Positions 42,101-53,961 of a stretch of 64,000 bases of DNA are shown here, one piece after another. This stretch comes from the human T2T-CHM13v2.0 reference genome, Homo sapiens. The DNA is taken from assembly GCF_009914755.1 (NCBI RefSeq), contig NC_060941.1, one strand, 5' to 3'. Positions within the stretch are counted from its first letter, which is position 1, and each line of letters begins with the position of its first letter. The position numbers were made by a program, and so were the translations under genes. The notes under the pieces are model-generated. The model ran no database searches, was not told the DNA's origin, and saw only the letters and a list, made by a program, of their open reading frames with translations.

Positions 42101-43440
42101 ACTCACAGTGTTGAACCTTTCTTTGATAGTTCAGGTTTGAAACGGTCTTTCTGTAGAAACTGCAAGTAGATATTTGGACCTCTCTGAGGATTTCGTTAGA
42201 AACCGGATAAACAGCACAGAACTAAAACAGAAGCATTCTCAGAACCCTCTTCATGATGTTTGCATTCAACCCACGGTGCTGAACCTTTCTTTGATAGTTC
42301 AGCTTTGAAACACTCTTTTTGTAGAAACTGCAAGTGGATATTTGGTCCTCTCTGAGGATTTCGTTGGAAACGGGATAAACCGCACAGAACTAAACAGAAG
42401 CATTCTCAGAACCTTCTTCGTGATGTCTGCGTTCAACTCACAGTGTGGAACCTTTCTTTGATAGTTCAGGTTTGAAACACTCTTTTTGTAGAAACTGCAA
42501 GGGGATCATTGCACTTCTTTGAGGCCTACCGTAGTAAAGGAGATAACTTCCTACAAAAAGAAGACAGAAGCTTTCTCAGAAAATTCTTTGGGATGATTGA
42601 GTTGAGCAAACAGAGCTGAACACTCCTTGCGATGTAGCAGTTTAGAAACACACTTTCTGCAGAATCTGCAAGTGCATATGTGGACCTCTCTGAGGAATTC
42701 GTTGGAAACGGGATAATTTCAGCTGACTAAACAGAAGCAGTCTCAGAATCTTCTTTGTGATGTTTGCATTCAAATCCCAGAGTTGAACTTTTCTTTCCAA
42801 GTTGACGTTTGAAACACTCTTTTTGCAGGATCTACAAGTGGATATTTGGACCACTCTGTGTCCTTCGTTCGAAACGGGTATATCTTCACATGACATCTAG
42901 ACAGAAGCATTCTCAGAAGCTTCTCTGTGATGACTGCATTCAACTCACGGAGTTGAACACTCCTTTTGAGAGCGCAGTTTTGAAACTCTCTTTCTGTGGC
43001 ATCTGCAAGGGGACATGTAGACCTCTTTGAAGATTTCGTTGGAAACGGAATCATCTTCACATAAAAACTATACAGATGCATTCTCAGGAACTTTTTGGTG
43101 ATGTTTGTATTCAACTCCCAGAGTTGAACTTTCCTTTGGAAAGAGCAGCTGTGAAACACTCTTTTTCTAGAATCTGCAAGTGGACGTTTGGAGGGCTTTG
43201 TGGTTTGTGGTGGAAAAGGAAATATCTTCACCTAAATACTAGATAGAAGCATTCTCAGAAACTGCTTTGTGATGATTGCATTCACCTCACAGAGTTGAAC
43301 ATTCCTATTGATAGAGCAGTTTGGAAACACTCTTGTTGTGGAATGTGCAAGTGGAGATTTGGAGCGCTTTGAGGCCTATGGTAGTAAAGGGAATAGCTTC
43401 ATAGAAAAACTAGACAGAAGCATTCTCAGAAAAAACTTTG
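27151..43440 (+). repeat. Three-HOR super-repeat (8145 bp x2): copies 11-12-13 repeated as 14-15-16
   Basis: Rare SNVs recur at +8145: CCTATCG 28038/36183, ATCATCC 30844/38989, and TTAGAAACCGG ~34053/42198. Boundaries are approximate. Confidence 0.8.
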
Positions 43441-46400
43441 TGATGATTGAGTTGAACTCACAGAGCTGAACATTCCTTTGGATGGAGCAGGTTTGAGACA
43501 CACTTTTTGTAGAATCTACAAGTGGATATTTGGACCTCTCTGAGGATTTCGTTGGAAACGGGATAACTGCACCTAACTAAACGGAAGCATTCTCAGAAAC
43601 TTCTTGGTGATGTTTGCATTCAACTCCCAGAGTTGAACCTTCCTTTGATAGTTCAGGTTTGAAACACTCTTTTTGTAGGATCTGCAAGTGGATATTTGGA
43701 CCACTCTGTGGCCTTCGTTCGAAACGGGTACATCTTCGCATAAAATCTAGACAGAAGCCTTCTCAGAAACTTCTCTGTGATGATTGCATTCAACTCACAG
43801 AGTTGAACCCTCCTATGGATAGAGCAGTGTTGAAACTCTCTTTTTGTGGAATCTGCAAGCGGATATGTGGACCTCTCCGAAGATGTCTTTGGAAACGGGA
43901 ATATCTTCACATAAAAACTAAACAGAAGCATTCTCAGAAACTTCTCTGTGATGTTTGTGTTCAACTCCCAGAGTTTCACATTGCTTCTCATAGAGTAGTT
44001 CTGAAACATGCTTTTCGTAGTGTCTGCAAGTGGACATTTGGAGCGCTTTCAGGCCTGTGGTGGAAAACGAATTATGGTCACATAAAAACTGGAGAGAAGC
44101 ATTGTCAGAAACTTCTTTGTGATGATTGCATTCAAGTCACAGAGTTGAAGGTTCCTTTTCAAAGAGCAGTTTCCAATCACTCTTTCTGTGGAATCTGCAA
44201 GTGGATATTTGGACCTCTTTGAAGATTTCGTTGGAAACGGGAGAATCTTCACAGAAAAGCTAAACAGAAGCATTCTCAGAAACTTCTTTGTGATGCTTGC
44301 ATTCAACTCACAGAGTTGAACTTTCCTTTCGAGAGAGAAGCTTTGAAACACTCTTTTTCCAGAATCTGCAAGTGGACATTTGGAGGGCTTTGAGGCCTGT
44401 GGTGGAAAAGGAATTATCTTCCCGTAAAAGCTAGATAGAAGCATTCTCAGAAACTACTTTGTGATGATTGCATTCAAGTCACAGAGTTGAACATTCCCTT
44501 TGACAGAGCAGTTTGGAAACTCTCTTTGTGTAGAATCTGCAAGTGGAGATATGGACTGCTTTGAGGCCTATGGTAGTAAAGGAAATAGCTTCATATAAAA
44601 GCTAGACAGTAGCATTCACAGAAAACTCTTGGTGACGACTGAGTTTAACTCACAGAGCTGAACATTCCTTTGGATGGAGCAGTTTCGAAACACACTATTT
44701 GTAGAATGTGCAAGTGGATATGTGGGCCTCTCTGAGGATTTCGTTGGAAACGGGATAAACCGCACAGAACTAAACAGAAGCATTCTCAGAACTTTCTTCG
44801 TGATGTTTGCATTCAACTCACAGTGGTGAACCTTTCTTTGATAGTTCAGGTTTGAAACGGTCTTTCTGTAGAAACTGCAAGTAGATATTTGGACCTCTCT
44901 GAGGATTTCGTTGGAAACGGGATAAACCGCACAGAACTAAAACAGAAGCATTCTCAGGACCCTCTTCGTGATGTTTGCATTCAACTCATGGTGCTGAACC
45001 TTTCTTTGATAGTTCAGCTTTGAAACACTCTTTTTGTAGAAACTGCAAGTGGATATTTGGTCCTATCTGAGGATTTCGTTGGAAACGGGATAAACCGCAC
45101 AGAACTAAACAGAAGCATTCTCAGAACCTTCTTCGTGATGTCTGCATTCAACTCACAGTGTGGAACCTTTCTTTGATAGTTCAGGTTTGAAACACTCTTT
45201 TTGTAGAAACTGCAAGGGGATCATTGCACTTCTTTGAGGCCTACCGTAGTAAAGGAGATAACTTCCTATTAAAAGAAGACAGAAGCTTTCTCAGAAAATT
45301 CTTTGGGATGATTGAGTTGAGCAAACAGAGCTGAACACTCCTTGCGATGTAGCAGTTTAGAAACACACTTTCTGCAGAATCTACAAGTGCATATGTGGAC
45401 CTCCCTGAGGAATTCGTTGGAAACGGGATAATTTCAGCTGACTAAACAGAAGCAGTCTCAGAATCTTCTTTGTGATGTTTGCATTCAAATCCCAGAGTTG
45501 AACTTTCCTTTCCAAGTTCACGTTTGAAACACACTTTTTGCAGGATCTACAAGTGGATATTTGGACCACTCTGTGTCCTTCGTTCGTAACGGGTATATCT
45601 TCACATGACATCTAGACAGAAGCATTCTCAGAAGCTTCTCTGTGATGACTGCATTCAACTCTCGGAGTTGAACACTCCTTTTGAGAGTGCAGTTTTGAAA
45701 CTCTCTTTCTGTGGCATCTGCAAGGGGACATGTAGACCTCTTTGAAGATTTCATTGGAAACGGAATCATCTTCACATAAAAACTATACAGATGCATTCTC
45801 AGGAACTTTTTGGTGATGTTTGTGTTCAACTCCCAGAGTTGAACGTTCCTTTGGAAAGAGCAGCTATGAAACACTCTTTTTCTAGAATCTGCAAGTGGAC
45901 GTTTGGAGGGCTTTGTGGTTTGTGGTGGAAAAGGAAATATCTTCACCTAAATACTAGATAGAAGCATTCTCAGAAACTGCTTTGTGATGATTGCATTCAC
46001 CTCACAGAGTTGAACATTCCTATTGATAGAGCAGTTTGGAAACCCTCTTGTTGTGGAATGTGCAAGTGGAGATTTGGAGCGCTTTGAGGCCTATGGTAGT
46101 AAAGGGAATAGCTTCATAGAAAAACTAGACAGAAGCATTCTCAGAAAATACTTTGTGATGATTGAGTTGAACTCACAGAGCTGAACATTCCTTTGGATGG
46201 AGCAGGTTTGAGACACACTTTTTGTAGAATCTACAAGTGGATATTTGGACCTCTCTGAGGATTTCGTTGGAAACGGGAAAACTGCACCTAACTAAACGGA
46301 AGCATTCTCAGAAACTTCTTGGTGATGTTTGCATTCAAATCCCAGAGTTGAACCTTCCTTTGAGAGTTCAGGTTTGAAACACTCTTTTTGTAGGATCTGC

Positions 46401-49400
46401 AAGTGGATATTTGGACCACTCTGTGGCCTTCGTTCGAAACGGGTACATCTTCGCATAAAATCTAGACAGAAGCATTCTCAGAAACTTCTCTGTGATGATT
46501 GCATTCAACTCACAGAGTTGAACCCTCCTATGGATAGAGCAGTGTTGAAACTCTTTTTGTGGAATCCGCAAGCGGATATGTGGACCTCTCCGAAGATGTC
46601 TTTGGAAACGGGAATATCTTCACATAAAAACTAAACAGAAGCATTCTCAGAAACTTCTCTGTGATGTTTGTGTTCAACTCCCAGAGTTTCACATTGCTTC
46701 TCATAGAGTAGTTCTGAAACATGCTTTTCGTAGTGTCTGCAAGTGGACATTTGGAGCGCTTTCAGGCCTGTGGTGGAAAACGAATTATGGTCACATAAAA
46801 ACTGGAGAGAAGCATTGTCAGAAACTTCTTTGTGATGATTGCATTCAAGTCACAGAGTTGAAGGTTCCTTTTCAAAGAGCAGTTTCCAATCACTCTTTCT
46901 GTGGAATCTGCAAGTGGATATTTGGACCTCTTTGAAGATTTCGTTGAAAATGGGAGAATCTTCACAGAAAAGCTAAACAGAAGCATTCTCAGAAACTTCT
47001 TTGTGATGCTTGCATTCAACTCACAGAGTTGAACTTTCCTTTCGAGAGAGAAGCTTTGAAACACTCTTTTTCCAGAATCTGCAAGTGGACATTTGGAGGG
47101 CTTTGAGCTCTGTGGTGGAAAAGGAATTATCTTCCCGTAAAAGCTAGATAGAAGCATTCTCAGAAACTACTTTGTGATGATTGCATTCAAGTCACAGAGT
47201 TGAACATTCCCTTTGACAGAGCAGTTTGGAAACTCTCTTTGTGTAGAATCTGCAAGTGGAGATATGGACCGCTTTGAGGCCTATGGTAGTAAAGGAAATA
47301 GCTTCATAAAAAAGCTAGACAGTAGCATTCACAGAAAACTCTTGGTGACGACTGAGTTTAACTCACAGAGCTGAACATTCCTTTGGATGGGGCAGTTTCG
47401 AAACACACTATTTGTAGAATGTGCAAGAGGATATGTGGGCCTCTCTGAGGATTTCGTTGGAAACCGGATAAACCGCACAGAACTAAAACAGAAGCATTCT
47501 CAGAACCCTCTTCATGATGTTTGCATTCAACCCACGGTGCTGAACCTTTCTTTGATAGTTCAGCTTTGAAACACTCTTTTTGTAGAAACTGCAAGTGGAT
47601 ATTTGGTCCTCTCTGAGGATTTCGTTGGAAACGGGATAAACCGCACAGAACTAAACAGAAGCATTCTCAGAACCTTCTTCGTGATGTCTGCGTTCAACTC
47701 ACAGTGTGGAACCTTTCTTTGATAGTTCAGGTTTGAAACACTCTTTTTGTAGAAACTGCAAGGGGATCATTGCACTTCTTTGAGGCCTACCGTAGTAAAG
47801 GAGATAACTTCCTACAAAAAGAAGACAGAAGCTTTCTCAGAAAATTCTTTGGGATGATTGAGTTGAGCAAACAGAGCTGAACACTCCTTGCGATGTAGCA
47901 GTTTAGAAACACACTTTCTGCAGAATCTGCAAGTGCATATGTGGACCTCTCTGAGGAATTCGTTGGAAACGGGATAATTTCAGCTGACTAAACAGAAGCA
48001 GTCTCAGAATCTTCTTTGTGATGTTTGCATTCAAATCCCAGAGTTGAACTTTTCTTTCCAAGTTGACGTTTGAAACACTCTTTTTGCAGGATCTACAAGT
48101 GGATATTTGGACCACTCTGTGTCCTTCGTTCGAAATGGGTATATCTTCACATGACATCTAGACAGAAGCATTCTCAGAAGCTTCTCTGTGATGACTGCAT
48201 TCAACTCACGGAGTTGAACACTCCTTTTGAGAGCGCAGTTTTGAAACTCTCTTTCTGTGGCATCTGCAAGGGGACATGTAGACCTCTTTGAAGATTTCGT
48301 TGGAAACGGAATCATCTTCACATAAAAACTATACAGATGCATTCTCAGGAACTTTTTGGTGATGTTTGTATTCAACTCCCAGAGTTGAACTTTCCTTTGG
48401 AAAGAGCAGCTGTGAAACACTCTTTTTCTAGAATCTGCAAGTGGACGTTTGGAGGGCTTTGTGGTTTGTGGTGGAAAAGGAAATATCTTCACCTAAATAC
48501 TAGATAGAAGCATTCTCAGAAACTGCTTTGTGATGATTGCATTCACCTCACAGAGTTGAACATTCCTATTGATAGAGCAGTTTGGAAACACTCTTGTTGT
48601 GGAATGTGCAAGTGGAGATTTGGAGCGCTTTGAGGCCTATGGTAGTAAAGGGAATAGCTTCATAGAAAAACTAGACAGAAGCATTCTCAGAAAAAACTTT
48701 GTGATGATTGAGTTGAACTCACAGAGCTGAACATTCCTTTGGATGGAGCAGGTTTGAGACACACTTTTTGTAGAATCTACAAGTGGATATTTGGACCTCT
48801 CTGAGGATTTCGTTGGAAACGGGATAACTGCACCTAACTAAACGGAAGCATTCTCAGAAACTTCTTGGTGATGTTTGCATTCAACTCCCAGAGTTGAACC
48901 TTCCTTTGATAGTTCAGGTTTGAAACACTCTTTTTGTAGGATCTGCAAGTGGATATTTGGACCACTCTGTGGCCTTCGTTCGAAACGGGTACATCTTCGC
49001 ATAAAATCTAGACAGAAGCCTTCTCAGAAACTTCTCTGTGATGATTGCATTCAACTCACAGAGTTGAACCCTCCTATGGATAGAGCAGTGTTGAAACTCT
49101 CTTTTTGTGGAATCTGCAAGCGGATATGTGGACCTCTCCGAAGATGTCTTTGGCAACGGGAATATCTTCACATAAAAACTAAACAGAAGCATTCTCAGAA
49201 ACTTCTCTGTGATGTTTGTGTTCAACTCCCAGAGTTTCACATTGCTTCTCATAGAGTAGTTCTGAAACATGCTTTTCGTAGTGTCTGCAAGTGGACATTT
49301 GGAGCGCTTTCAGGCCTGTGGTGGAAAACGAATTATGGTCACATAAAAACTGGAGAGAAGCATTGTCAGAAACTTCTTTGTGATGATTGCATTCAAGTCA

Positions 49401-52400
49401 CAGAGTTGAAGGTTCCTTTTCAAAGAGCAGTTTCCAATCACTCTTTCTGTGGAATCTGCAAGTGGATATTTGGACCTCTTTGAAGATTTCGTTGGAAACG
49501 GGAGAATCTTCACAGAAAAGCTAAACAGAAGCATTCTCAGAAACTTCTTTGTGATGCTTGCATTCAACTCACAGAGTTGAACTTTCCTTTCGAGAGAGAA
49601 GCTTTGAAACACTCTTTTTCCAGAATCTGCAAGTGGACATTTGGAGGGCTTTGAGGCCTGTGGTGGAAAAGGAATTATCTTCCCGTAAAAGCTAGATAGA
49701 AGCATTCTCAGAAACTACTTTGTGATGATTGCATTCAAGTCACAGAGTTGAACATTCCCTTTGACAGAGCAGTTTGGAAACTCTCTTTGTGTAGAATCTG
49801 CAAGTGGAGATATGGACTGCTTTGAGGCCTATGGTAGTAAAGGAAATAGCTTCATATAAAAGCTAGACAGTAGCATTCACAGAAAACTCTTGGTGACGAC
49901 TGAGTTTAACTCACAGAGCTGAACATTCCTTTGGATGGAGCAGTTTCGAAACACACTATTTGTAGAATGTGCAAGTGGATATGTGGGCCTCTCTGAAGAT
50001 TTCGTTGGAAACGGGATAAACCGCACAGAACTAAACAGAAGCATTCTCAGAACTTTCTTCGTGATGTTTGCATTCAACTCACAGTGTTGAACCTTTCTTT
50101 GATAGTTCAGGTTTGAAACGGTCTTTCTGTAGAAACTGCAAGTAGATATTTGGACCTCTCTGAGGATTTCGTTGGAAACGGGATAAACCGCACAGAACTA
50201 AAACAGAAGCATTCTCAGGACCCTCTTCGTGATGTTTGCATTCAACTCATGGTGCTGAACCTTTCTTTGATAGTTCAGCTTTGAAACACTCTTTTTGTAG
50301 AAACTGCAAGTGGATATTTGGTCCTATCTGAGGATTTCGTTGGAAACGGGATAAACCGCACAGAACTAAACAGAAGCATTCTCAGAACCTTCTTCGTGAT
50401 GTCTGCATTCAACTCACAGTGTGGAACCTTTCTTTGATAGTTCAGGTTTGAAACACTCTTTTTGTAGAAACTGCAAGGGGATCATTGCACTTCTTTGAGG
50501 CCTACCATAGTAAAAGAGATAACTTCCTATTAAAAGAAGACAGAAGCTTTCTCAGAAAATTCTTTGGAATGATTGAGTTGAGCAAACAGAGCTGAACACT
50601 CCTTGCGATGTAGCAGTTTAGAAACACACTTTCTGCAGAATCTACAAGTGCATATGTGGACCTCCCTGAGGAATTCGTTGGAAACGGGATAATTTCAGCT
50701 GACTAAACAGAAGCAGTCTCAGAATCTTCTTTGTGATGTTTGCATTCAAATCCCAGAGTTGAACTTTCCTTTCCAAGTTCACGTTTGAAACACACTTTTT
50801 GCAGGATCTACAAGTGGATATTTGGACCACTCTGTGTCCTTCGTTCGTAACGGGTATATCTTCACATGACATCTAGACAGAAGCATTCTCAGAAGCTTCT
50901 CTGTGATGACTGCATTCAACTCTCGGAGTTGAACACTCCTTTTGAGAGTGCAGTTTTGAAACTCTCTTTCTGTGGCATCTGCAAGGGGACATGTAGACCT
51001 CTTTGAAGATTTCATTGGAAACGGAATCATCTTCACATAAAAACTATACAGATGCATTCTCAGGAACTTTTTGGTGATGTTTGTATTCAACTCCCAGAGT
51101 TGAACGTTCCTTTGGAAAGAGCAGCTATGAAACACTCTTTTTCTAGAATCTGCAAGTGGACGTTTGGAGGGCTTTGTGGTTTGTGGTGGAAAAGGAAATA
51201 TCTTCACCTAAATACTAGATAGAAGCATTCTCAGAAACTGCTTTGTGATGATTGCATTCACCTCACAGAGTTGAACATTCCTATTGATAGAGCAGTTTGG
51301 AAACACTCTTGTTGTGGAATGTGCAAGTGGAGATTTGGAGCGCTTTGAGGCCTATGGTAGTAAAGGGAATAGCTTCATAGAAAAACTAGACAGAAGCATT
51401 CTCAGAAAATACTTTGTGATGATTGAGTTGAACTCACAGAGCTGAACATTCCTTTGGATGGAGCAGGTTTGAGACACACTTTTTGTAGAATCTACAAGTG
51501 GATATTTGGACCTCTCTGAGGATTTCGTTGGAAACGGGAAAACTGCACCTAACTAAACGGAAGCATTCTCAGAAACTTCTTGGTGATGTTTGCATTCAAA
51601 TCCCAGAGTTGAACCTTCCTTTGAGAGTTCAGGTTTGAAACACTCTTTTTGTAGGATCTGCAAGTGGATATTTGGACCACTCTGTGGCCTTCGTTCGAAA
51701 CGGGTACATCTTCGCATAAAATCTAGACAGAAGCATTCTCAGAAACTTCTCTGTGATGATTGCATTCAACTCACAGAGTTGAACCCTCCTATGGATAGAG
51801 CAGTGTTGAAACTCTTTTTGTGGAATCCGCAAGCGGATATGTGGACCTCTCCGAAGATGTCTTTGGAAACGGGAATATCTTCACATAAAAACTAAACAGA
51901 AGCATTCTCAGAAACTTCTCTGTGATGTTTGTGTTCAACTCCCAGAGTTTCACATTGCTTCTCATAGAGTAGTTCTGAAACATGCTTTTCGTAGTGTCTG
52001 CAAGTGGACATTTGGAGCGCTTTCAGGCCTGTGGTGGAAAACGAATTATGGTCACATAAAAACTGGAGAGAAGCATTGTCAGAAACTTCTTTGTGATGAT
52101 TGCATTCAAGTCACAGAGTTGAAGGTTCCTTTTCAAAGAGCAGTTTCCAATCACTCTTTCTGTGGAATCTGCAAGTGGATATTTGGACCTCTTTGAAGAT
52201 TTCGTTGAAAATGGGAGAATCTTCACAGAAAAGCTAAACAGAAGCATTCTCAGAAACTTCTTTGTGATGCTTGCATTCAACTCACAGAGTTGAACTTTCC
52301 TTTCGAGAGAGAAGCTTTGAAACACTCTTTTTCCAGAATCTGCAAGTGGACATTTGGAGGGCTTTGAGCTCTGTGGTGGAAAAGGAATTATCTTCCCGTA

Positions 52401-52721
52401 AAAGCTAGATAGAAGCATTCTCAGAAACTACTTTGTGATGATTGCATTCAAGTCACAGAGTTGAACATTCCCTTTGACAGAGCAGTTTGGAAACTCTCTT
52501 TGTGTAGAATCTGCAAGTGGAGATATGGACCGCTTTGAGGCCTATGGTAGTAAAGGAAATAGCTTCATAAAAAAGCTAGACAGTAGCATTCACAGAAAAC
52601 TCTTGGTGACGACTGAGTTTAACTCACAGAGCTGAACATTCCTTTGGATGGAGCAGTTTCGAAACACACTATTTGTAGAATGTGCAAGTGGATATGTGGG
52701 CCTCTCTGAGGATTTCGTTGG
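42200..52721 (+). repeat. Tandem duplication of a 5261-bp (31-monomer) segment: 42200-47460 and 47461-52721
   Basis: Many private variants recur at exactly +5261: the 2-bp deletion (~46553/51814), GAGCTC 47105/52366, broken CENP-B box 46939/52200, and ORF starts 43614/48875 and 46329/51590. Confidence 0.92.
46156..48701 (+). repeat. 15-mer HOR structural variant #1 (2546 bp = 2715 - 167 - 2)
   Basis: M8 runs directly into the tail of M9 at ~47460 (AACTAAAACAG then the M10 start CCCTCTT). It also carries a CT deletion in M3. Confidence 0.93.
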
Positions 52722-53961
52722 AAACGGGATAAACCGCACAGAACTAAACAGAAGCATTCTCAGAACCTTCTTCGTGATGTTTGCATTCAACTCAAGGTGC
52801 TGAAACTTTCTTTGATAGTTCAGCTTTGAAACACTCTTTTTGTAGAAACTGCAAGTGGATATTTGGTCCTCTCTGAGGATTTCGTTGGAAACGGGATAAA
52901 CCGCACAGAACTAAACAGAAGCATTCTCAGAACCTTCTTCGTGATGTCTGCATTCAACTCACAGTGTGGAACCTTTCTTTGATAGTTCAGGTTTGAAACA
53001 CTCTTTTTGTAGAAACTGCAAGGGGATCATTGCACTTCTTTGAGGCCTACCGTAGTAAAGGAGATAACTTCCTATAAAAAGAAGACAGAAGCTTTCTCAG
53101 AAAATTCTTTGGGATGATTGAGTTGAGCAAACAGAGCTGAACACTCCTTGCGATGTAGCAGTTTAGAAACACACTTTCTGCAGAATCTGCAAGTGCATAT
53201 GTGGACCTCTCTGAGGAATTCGTTGGAAACGGGATAATTTCAGCTGACTAGACAGAAGCAGTCTCAGAATCTTCTTTGTGATGTTAGCATTCAAATCCCA
53301 GAGTTGAACTTTCCTTTCACATTTCACGTTTGAAACACTCTTTTTGCAGGATCTACAAGTGGATATTTGGACCACTCTGTGTCCTTCGTTCGAAACGGGT
53401 ATATCTTCACATGACATCTAGACAGAAGCATTCTCAGAAGCTTCTCTGTGATGACTGCATTCAACTCACGGAGTTGAACACTCCTTTTGAGAGCGCAGTT
53501 TTGAAACTCTCTTTCTGTGGCATCTGCAAGGGGACATGTAGACCTCTTTGAAGATTTCGTTGGAAACGGAATCATCTTCACATAAAAACTATACAGATGC
53601 ATTCTCACGAACTTTTTGGTGATGTTTGTATTCAACTCCCAGAGTTGAACTTTCCTTTGGAAAGAGCAGCTATGAAACACTCTTTTTCTAGAATCTGCAA
53701 GTGGACGTTTGGAGGGCTTTGTGGTTTGTGGTGGAAAAGGAAATATCTTCACCTAAATACTAGATAGAAGCATTCTCAGAAACTGCTTTGTGATGATTGC
53801 ATTCACCTCACAGAGTTGAACATTCCTATTGATGGAGCAGTTTGGAAACACTCTTGTTGTGGAATGTGCAAGTGGAGATTTGGAGCGCTTTGAGACCTAT
53901 GGTAGTAAAGGGAATAGCTTCATAGAAAAACTAGACAGAAGCATTCTCAGAAAATACTTTG
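51417..53961 (+). repeat. 15-mer HOR structural variant #2 (2545 bp = 2715 - 168 - 2)
   Basis: The M9 start (GAACCTTCTTCG, ~52763) is fused to the M10 body (GGTGCTGAA...CAGCTTTG...GGTCCTC) from ~52796. Confidence 0.93.
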
